Assembly (NCBI RefSeq): GCF_009914755.1
Contig: NC_060933.1
Origin: the human T2T-CHM13v2.0 reference genome, Homo sapiens
Strand: one strand, 5' to 3'
Length of the DNA stretch: 64,000 bases
A model generated the notes under the pieces. That model saw only the letters and a program-made list of their open reading frames with translations. It did not search any database and was not told the origin of the DNA. Below, one piece after another: positions 55,711 to 64,000 of this stretch. Within the stretch, counting starts at the first letter, position 1, and the number at the start of each line of letters is the position of its first letter. The translations under genes were made by a program, and so were the position numbers.

Positions 55711-58700
55711 CGAGTGGAATGGCATGGAATGGAGTGGAATGGAATGGAATGGAATGGTACAGAATAGAATGGAATGGAACGAAATGGAATGGAATGGAAT
55801 GGAATGGAATGGAATGGAATGGAATGGAACGGAATGCAATGGAATGGAATGGAATGGAATGGAATATAATGAACCCGTGTGCAATGGAATGGAATGGAAT
55901 GGAATGGGTTCAACACTAATGGAATGCAAAGGAATGGAATCAACACGAGTGGAATGGCATGGAATGGAATGGAATGGAATGGAATGGAATGGAATGGAAT
56001 GGAATGAAATGGAATGGAATGGAATGGAATCAACCTGAGTGCAGTGTAATGGAATCGAATGGAATGGAATGGAATGGAATGGATTCAACACGAATGGAAT
56101 GGAAAGGAATGGAATAAACCCGCGTGGAATGGCATGGAATGGAGTGGAATGGAATGGAATGGAATGGAATGGAATCAACCCGAGTGCAATGTAATGGAAT
56201 CGAATGGAATGGAATGGAATGGAATGGATTCAACCCGAATGGAATGGAAAGGAATGGACTAAACCCGAGTGGAATGGCATGGAGTGGAGTGGAATGGAAT
56301 GGAATGGAATGGAATGGAATGGTACGGAATAGAATGGAATGGAACGACATGGAATGGAATGGAATGGAATGGAATGGAATGGAATGGAATGAACCCGTGT
56401 GCAATGGAATGGAATCGAATGGAATGGAATGGATTGGAATGGATTCAACTCGAATGGAATGGAAAGGAATGGAATCAACCCGAGTGGAATGGCATGGAAT
56501 GGAATGGAATGGAATGGAATGGAAAGGAATGGAATGGAATGGTACGGAATAGAATGGAAAGGAACGAAATGGAATGGAATGAAATGGAATGGAATGGAAT
56601 GGAATGGAATGGAATGGAATGGAATGGAATCAACCCGAGTGCAGGGGAATGGAATGGAATTGAAGGCAATGGAATGGAATCATCCGGAATTGAATGGAAT
56701 GGAATGGAATCAACTCGATTGCAATGGAATGGAATGGAATGGAATGGAATGGAATGGAATGGAATGGAATGGAATGGAATGGAATTAACCCGAATAGAAT
56801 GGAATGGAATGGAATGGAAGTAAATGGAATGGAAGGTAATGAACCCGAGTGCAGGGGAATGGAATGGAATGGAATGCAATGGAATGGAGTCATCCGGAAT
56901 GGAACGGAAAGGAATGGAATGGAACCAACCCGTGTGCAATGGAATTGAAAGGAATGGAATGGAATGGAATGGAATGGAATGGAATGGATTCAACCCGAAT
57001 GGAATGGAAAGGAAGGGAATCAACCCAAGTGGAATGGCATGGAATGGAATGGATAGGAATGGAATGGAATGGAATGGTACCGAATGGGATAGAATGGAAT
57101 GGTACCGAATAGAATGGAATGGAACGAAATGGAATGGAATGGAATGGAATGAACCCGTGTGCAATGGATTGGAATGGAATGGAATGGAATGGAATGGAAT
57201 GGAATGGGTTCGACTCGAATGGAACGGAATGGAATGAAATCAAACCGAGTGGAATGGCATGGAATGGAATGGAATGGAATGGAATGGAATGGAATGGAAT
57301 GGAATGGAAACAACACGAGTGCAATGTAATGGAATCGAATGGAATGGAATGCAATGGATTCAACCCGAATGGAATGGAAACGAATGGAATAAAACCGAGT
57401 GGAATGGCATGGAATGGAGTCTAATGGAATGGAATGGAATCGAATGGTATGGAATAGAATGGAATGGAACGAAATGGAATGGAATGGAATGGAATGAAAT
57501 GAACCCGTGTGCAATGGAATGGAATGGAATGGAATGGAATGGAATGGATTCAACTCGAATGGAATGGAAAGGAATGGAATCAACCCGAGTGGAATGGCAT
57601 GGAATGGAATGGAATGGAATGGAATTAACCCTAATAGAATGGAATGGAATGGAATGGAATTGAATGGAATGGAATGGAATGGAAGGAAATGGAATGGAAT
57701 GGAATGGAATGGAATGGAATGGAATGGAATGGAATGGTACGGAATAGAATGGAATGGAACGAAATGGAATGGAATGGAATGGAATGGAATGGAATGGAAT
57801 GGAATGGAATGGAATCAACCCGAGTGCAGGGGAATGGAATGGAATGGAAGGCAATGGAATGACATCATTCGGAATTGAATGGAATGGAATGGAATGGAAT
57901 GGAATCAACTCGATTGAAATGGAATGGAATGGAATGGAATGGAATGGAATGGAATGGAATGGAAGTGAATGGAATGGAATGTAATGAAACCGAGTGCAGG
58001 GGAATGGAATGGAATGGAATGCAATGGAATGGAGTCATCCGGAATGGAACGGAATGGAATGGAATGGAATCAACCCGAGTGCAATGGAATGGAATGCAAT
58101 GGAAAGGAATGGAATGGAATGGACTCAACCCGAATGGAATGGAAAGGAATGGAATCAACCCGAGAGGAATGGCATGGAATGGAATGGAATGGAATGGAGT
58201 GGAATGGTACAGAATAGAATGTAATGGAACGAAATGGAATGGAATGGAATGGAATGGAATGGAATCATTCCGAGTGGAATAGAAGGGAATGTTTTCGAGT
58301 GGAATGAAAAGGAATGGAATCAACCAGAGTGGAATGGAATGGAATCGAGTGGAATGGAATGCAATCGAATGGAATGGAAAGGAATAGAATGGAATCAACC
58401 CGAGTGGAATGGAATGGAAAGGACTGGAATGGAATGGAATGGAATGCAATGGAATCAACTCGATTGCAATGAAATGGAATGGAATGGAATGGAATGGAAT
58501 GGAATGGAATTAACCGGAATAGAATGGAATTGAATGGAATGGAAAGGAATGGAATGGAATAGAATGGAATGGAATGGATTCAACTCGAATGGAACGGAAA
58601 GGAATGGAATCAACCCGAGTGGAATGGCATGGAACGGAATGGAATGGAATGGAATGGAATGGAATGGAATTAACCCTAATAGAATGGAATGGAACGAAAT

Positions 58701-61669
58701 GGAATGGAATGGAATGGAATGGAACGGAAAGGAATGGAATGGATTCAACTCGAATGGAATGGAAAGGAATGAAATCAACCCGAGTGGAATAGCATGGATT
58801 GGAATGGAAAGGAATGGAATGGAATGGTACGGAATAGAGTGGAATGGAACGAAATGGAATGGAATGGAATGGAATGGAATGGAATGGAATGGAATGGAAT
58901 GGAATGGAATCAACCCGAGTGCAGGGGAATGGAGTGGAATGGAAGGCAATGGAATGGAATCATCCGGAATGGAATGGAATGGAATGGAATGGAATGGAAT
59001 GGAATCAACCTGAGTGCAGGGGAATGGAATGCAATGGAATGCAATGGAATGGAATGCAATGGAAACAACTCGATTGCAATGGAATGGAATGGAATGGAAT
59101 GGAATGGAATGGAATGGAATGGAATGGAATTAACCTGAACAGAATGGAATGGAATGGAATGGAATGGAACGGAATGGAATGGAATGGAATGGAATGGAAT
59201 CAACCCGAGTGCAGGGGAATGGAATGGAAGGAAATGCAATGGAATGGATTCATCCGGAATGGAATGGAATGGAATGGAATGCAATGGAATGGAATCAATC
59301 AACCCGAGTGCAATGCAATGGAGTGGAATGGAATGGAATGGAACGGAAACTACCCGAATGGAATGGAATCTAATGGAGTGTAAGGGAATTGAAAAGAATC
59401 AATCCGAATGTAATGGAATGGAATGGAACGGAATGAAATGGAATGGCATGGAATGGAATGGAATTAACCCGAGTTCAATGGAATGGAATTGAACGGAATG
59501 GAATGGAAAGGAATGGATTCAACCCGAATGGAATGGAAAGGAATGGAATGGAATGGAATGGAATGGTACGGAATAGAATGGAATGGAACGAAATGGAATG
59601 GAATGGAATGGAATGGAATGGAATGGAATGGAATGGAATGAACCCGTGTGCAATGGATTGGAATGGAATGGAATGGAATGGAATGGAATGGAATGGAATG
59701 GTTTCAACTCGAATGGAATGGAAAGGAGTGGAATCAACCCGAGTGGAATGGCATGGAACGGAATGGAATGGAATGGAATGGAATGGAAAGGAATGGAATA
59801 GAATGAAATGGAATGGAATGGAATGGAATGGAAACAACACGAGTGCAATGTAATGGAATCGAGTGGAATGGAATTGAATGGATAGGAATGGATTCAATCC
59901 GAATGGAATGGAAAGGAATGGAATAAACCCGAGAGGAATAGCATGGAATGGAGTGGAATGGAATGGAATGGAAAGGAATGGTATGGAATAGAATGGAATG
60001 GAACTAAATGGAATGGAATGGAATGGAATGGAATGGAATAGAATGAACCCGTGTGCAATGGAATGGAATGGAATGGAATGGAATGGAATGGAATGGAATG
60101 GATTCAACTCGAATGGAATGGAAAGGAATGGAATCAACCCGAGTGGAATAGCATGGATTGGAATGGAAAGGAATGGAATGGAATGGTACGGAATAGAGTG
60201 GAATGGAACGAAATGGAATGGAATGGAATGGAATGGAATGGAATGGAATGGAATCAACCCGAGTGCAGGGGAATGGAGTGGAATGGAAGGCAATGGAATG
60301 GAATCATCCGGAATTGAATGGAATGGAATGGAATGGAATGGAATCAACTCGATTGAAATGGAATGGAATGGAATGGAATGGAGTGGATGGGAATGGAATG
60401 GAATGTAATGAACCCGAGTGCAGGGGAATGGAATGGAATGGAATGCAATGGAATGGAGTCATCCTGAATGGAACGGAATGGAATGGAATGGAATCAACCC
60501 GTGTGCAATATAATGGAATCGAAAGGAATGGAATGGAATGGAATGGATTCAACCCAAATGGAATGAAAAGGAATGGAATAAACCCGAGTGGAATGGCATG
60601 GAATGGAGTGGAATGGAATGGAATGGAATGGTACAGAATAGAATGGAATGGAACGAAATGGAATGGAATGGAATGGAATGGAATGGAATGGAATGGAACG
60701 GAATGCAATGGAATGGAATGGAATGGAATGGAATGAACCCGTGTGCAATGGAATGGAATGGAATGGAATGGGTTCAACACTAATGGAATGCAAAGGAATG
60801 GAATCAACACGAGTGGAATGGCATGGAATGGAATGGAATGGAATGGAATGGAATGGAATGGAATGAAATGGAATGGAATGGAATGGAATGGAATCAACCT
60901 GAGTGCAGTGTAATGGAATCGAATGGAATGGAATGGAATGGAATGGATTCAACACGAATGGAATGGAAAGGAATGGAATAAAACCGCGTGGAATGGCATG
61001 GAATGGAGTGGAATGGAATGGAATGGAATGGAATGGAATGGAATCAACCCGAGTGCAATGTAATGGAATCGAATGGAATGGAATGGAATGGAATGGATTC
61101 AACCCGAATGGAATGGAAAGGAATGGACTAAACCCGAGTGGAATGGCATGGAGTGGAGTGGAATGGAATGGAATGGAATGGAATGGAATGGTACGGAATA
61201 GAATGGAATGGAACGACATGGAATGGAATGGAATGGAATGGAATGGAATGGAATGGAATGGAATGAACCCGTGTGCAATGGAATGCAATCGAATGGAATG
61301 GAATGGATTGGAATGGATTCAACTCGAATGTAATGGAAAGGAATGGAATCAACCCGAGTGGAATGGCATGGAATGGAATGGAATGGAATGGAATGGAATG
61401 GAATGGAATGGAATGGTACGGAATAGAATGGAAAGGAACGAAATGGAATGGAATGAAATGGAATGGAATGGAATGGAATGGAATGGAATGGAATGGAATG
61501 GAATGGAATGGAATGGAATCAACCCGAGTGCAGGGGAATGGAATGGAATTGAAGGCAATGGAATGGAATCATCCGGAATTGAATGGAATGGAATGGAATC
61601 AACTCGATTGCAATGGAATGGAATGGAATGGAATGGAATGGAATGGAATGGAATGGAATGGAATGGAAT

Positions 61670-63900
61670 TAACCCGAATAGAATGGAATGGAATGGAATG
61701 GAAGTAAATGGAATGGAAGGTAATGAACCCGAGTGCAGGGGAATGGAATGGAATGGAATGCAATGGAATGGAGTCATCCGGAATGGAACGGAAAGGAATG
61801 GAATGGAACCAACCCGTGTGCAATGGAATTGAAAGGAATGGAATGGAATGGAATGGAATGGAATGGAATGGATTCAACCCGAATGGAATGGAAAGGAAGG
61901 GAATCAAACCAAGTGGAATGGCATGGAATGGAATGGATAGGAATGGAATGGAATGGAATGGTACCGAATGGAATAGAATGGAATGGTACCGAATAGAATG
62001 GAATGGAACGAAATGGAATGGAATGGAATGGAATGGAATGGAATGAACCCGTGTGCAATGGATTGGAATGGAATGGAATGGAATGGAATGGAATGGGTTC
62101 GACTCGAATGGAACGGAATGGAATGAAATCAAACCGAGTGGAATGGCATGGAATGGAATGGAATGGAATGGAATGGAATGGAATGGAATGAACCCGTGTG
62201 CAATGGAATGGAATCGAATGGAATGGAATGGAATGCAAAGGATACAACTCGAATGGAATTGAAAGGAATGAAATCAACCCGAGTGGAATGGCATGGACTG
62301 GAATGGAATGGAATGGCATGGAATGGAATGGAATTGAATGGTACGGAATAGAATCGAATGGAACGAAATGGAATGGAATGGAATGGAATGGAATGGAATG
62401 GAAACAACCCGAGTGCATGGTAATGGAATGGAATGGAAGGAAATGGAATGGAATCATCCGGAATGGAATGGAATGGAATGGAATGGAATGGAATGGAATG
62501 GAATCAACTCGATTGCAATGGAATGGAATGGAATGGAATGGAATGGAATGGAATTAACCCGGATAGAATCGAATGGAATGGAATGGAATGGAATGGAATG
62601 GAATGGAATGGAAGGGAATGGAATGTAATGGAATGGAATGGAATTAACCCGAATAGAATGGAATGGAACGGAAAGGAAGGGAATGGAATGGAATGTAATC
62701 AACTCCAGTGCAGGGGAATACAATGGAATGGAATGAAATGGAATGGAGTCATACGGAATGGAAGGGAATGGAATGGAATCAACCAGAGGGCAATGGAATG
62801 GAGTGGAATGGAATGGAATGGAATGGAAACAACACGAATGGAATAGAATGTAATGGAGTGTAAGGGAATTGCATATAATCAATCCGAATGTAATGGAATG
62901 GAACGGAAAGGAATGGAATGGAATGGAATGGAATGGAATGGAATGGAATGGAATGAAATGGAATGGCATGGAATGGAATGGAATCAACCCGAGTTCAATG
63001 GAATTGAATGGAATGGAATGGAATGGAATCAACTAGATTGCAATGGAATGGAATGGAATGGGATGGAATGGAATGGAATGGAATGGAATGGAATTAACCC
63101 TAATAGAATGGAATGGAATGGAATGGAATGGAATAGAACGGAATGGAATGGAATAGAATGGAATGGAAAGGAATGGAATGGAATGGAATGGAATGGAAAT
63201 AACCCGAGTTCAATGGAATTGAATGGAATGGAATGGAATGGAATGGAATGGAATGGAATGGAATCAACTCGATTGCAATGGAATGGAATGGAATGGGATG
63301 GAATGGAATGGAATGGAATGGAATGGAATTAACCCTAATAGAATGGAATGGAATGGAATGGAATGGAATAGAATGGAATGGAAGGGAATGGAATGGAATG
63401 GAATGGAATGGAATGGAATTAACCCGAATAGAATGGAATGGAATGGAATGGAAGTAAATGGAATGGAAGGTAATGAACCCGAGTGCAGGGGAATGGAATG
63501 GAATGGAATGCAATGGAATGGAGTCATCCGGAATGGAACGGAAAGGAATGGAATGGAACCAACCCGTGTGCAATGGAATTGAAAGGAATGGAATGGAATG
63601 GAATGGAATGGAATGGAATGGATTCAACCCGAATGGAATGGAAAGGAAGGGAATCAAACCAAGTGGAATGGCATGGAATGGAATGGATAGGAATGGAATG
63701 GAATGGAATGGTACCGAATGGAATAGAATGGAATGGTACCGAATAGAATGGAATGGAACGAAATGGAATGGAATGGAATGGAATGGAATGGAATGAACCC
63801 GTGTGCAATGGATTGGAATGGAATGGAATGGAATGGAATGGAATGGGTTCGACTCGAATGGAACGGAATGGAATGAAATCAAACCGAGTGGAATGGCATG
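61670..63900 (+). repeat. Direct repeat, ~61670-62150 matching ~63420-63900 (offset 1750 bp)
   Basis: Identical ORFs 61708/63458 and 61733/63483. Shared variant aatcaaaccaagtgg. Confidence 0.8.
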
Positions 63901-64000
63901 GAATGGAATGGAATGGAATGGAATGGAATGGAATGGAATGGAAACAACACGAGTGCAATGTAATGGAATCGAATGGAATGGAATGCAATGGATTCAACCC

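Larger units (their letters stand above)
1..64000. repeat. Satellite III (HSat3) pericentromeric satellite array, (CATTC/GGAAT)n with CAACCCGAGT-type interruptions
   Basis: Uninterrupted pentamer tandem repeat across the window. Recurrent decamers CAACCCGAGT, CAACTCGATT, TAACCCGAAT and GAACCCGTGT. Long perfect pentamer runs rather than the CATTCGATTC-dominated 23/26-bp pattern of HSat2. Confidence 0.97.
15271..64000 (+). repeat. HSat3 block with the G-rich strand (GGAAT) on +
   Basis: From gtgtgcaatggcatggaatg at 15271 to the window end the + strand reads (GGAAT)n. I saw no further switch. Confidence 0.97.

Noticed and set aside
1-64000. CRISPR-like repeat/spacer appearance of decamers between pentamer runs
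   Set aside because: There are no unique spacers, constant-length repeats, leader or cas genes. The interruptions are degenerate pentamer pairs.
1-64000. Assignment to HSat2, alpha satellite, DYZ1, or specifically chr9q12 HSat3B5
   Set aside because: Motif content argues against HSat2 and alpha satellite, and I saw no 3.56-kb DYZ1 period. Chr9 is plausible given the decamer and the internal inversion, but it cannot be established without alignment to a T2T assembly.

Overview
The whole 64 kb is a classical human/primate Satellite III (HSat3) array. It is built from the pentamer (CATTC/GGAAT)n, punctuated by the decamer CAACCCGAGT and variants of it. I see no credible gene, RNA gene, transposon or CRISPR array. 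All ORFs in the track are the stop-free translations of the pentamer (MEWNG / IPFHS). The main structural feature is one abrupt strand switch at 15270/15271: CATTC on + to the left and GGAAT on + to the right. The switch has no foreign insert, about 2 bp of microhomology, an 8-bp hairpin stem across it, and an asymmetric inverted repeat with arms of about 1.1 kb. The variant-motif subfamily boundary (~10.85 kb) does not coincide with the strand switch: 10.85-15.27 kb is an inverted mosaic of modules otherwise found in the right-hand array. The right-hand array shows hierarchical higher-order structure: 5 bp, then ~1.2 kb monomers, then a ~4.87 kb unit with 2.6-2.7 kb truncated variants, then a recent ~9.7 kb tandem duplication. 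Its junctions fall in shared decamer motifs. All offsets were read by eye from marker motifs and the ORF track, so block edges are approximate (tens of bp). Chromosome and subfamily cannot be assigned without a search.
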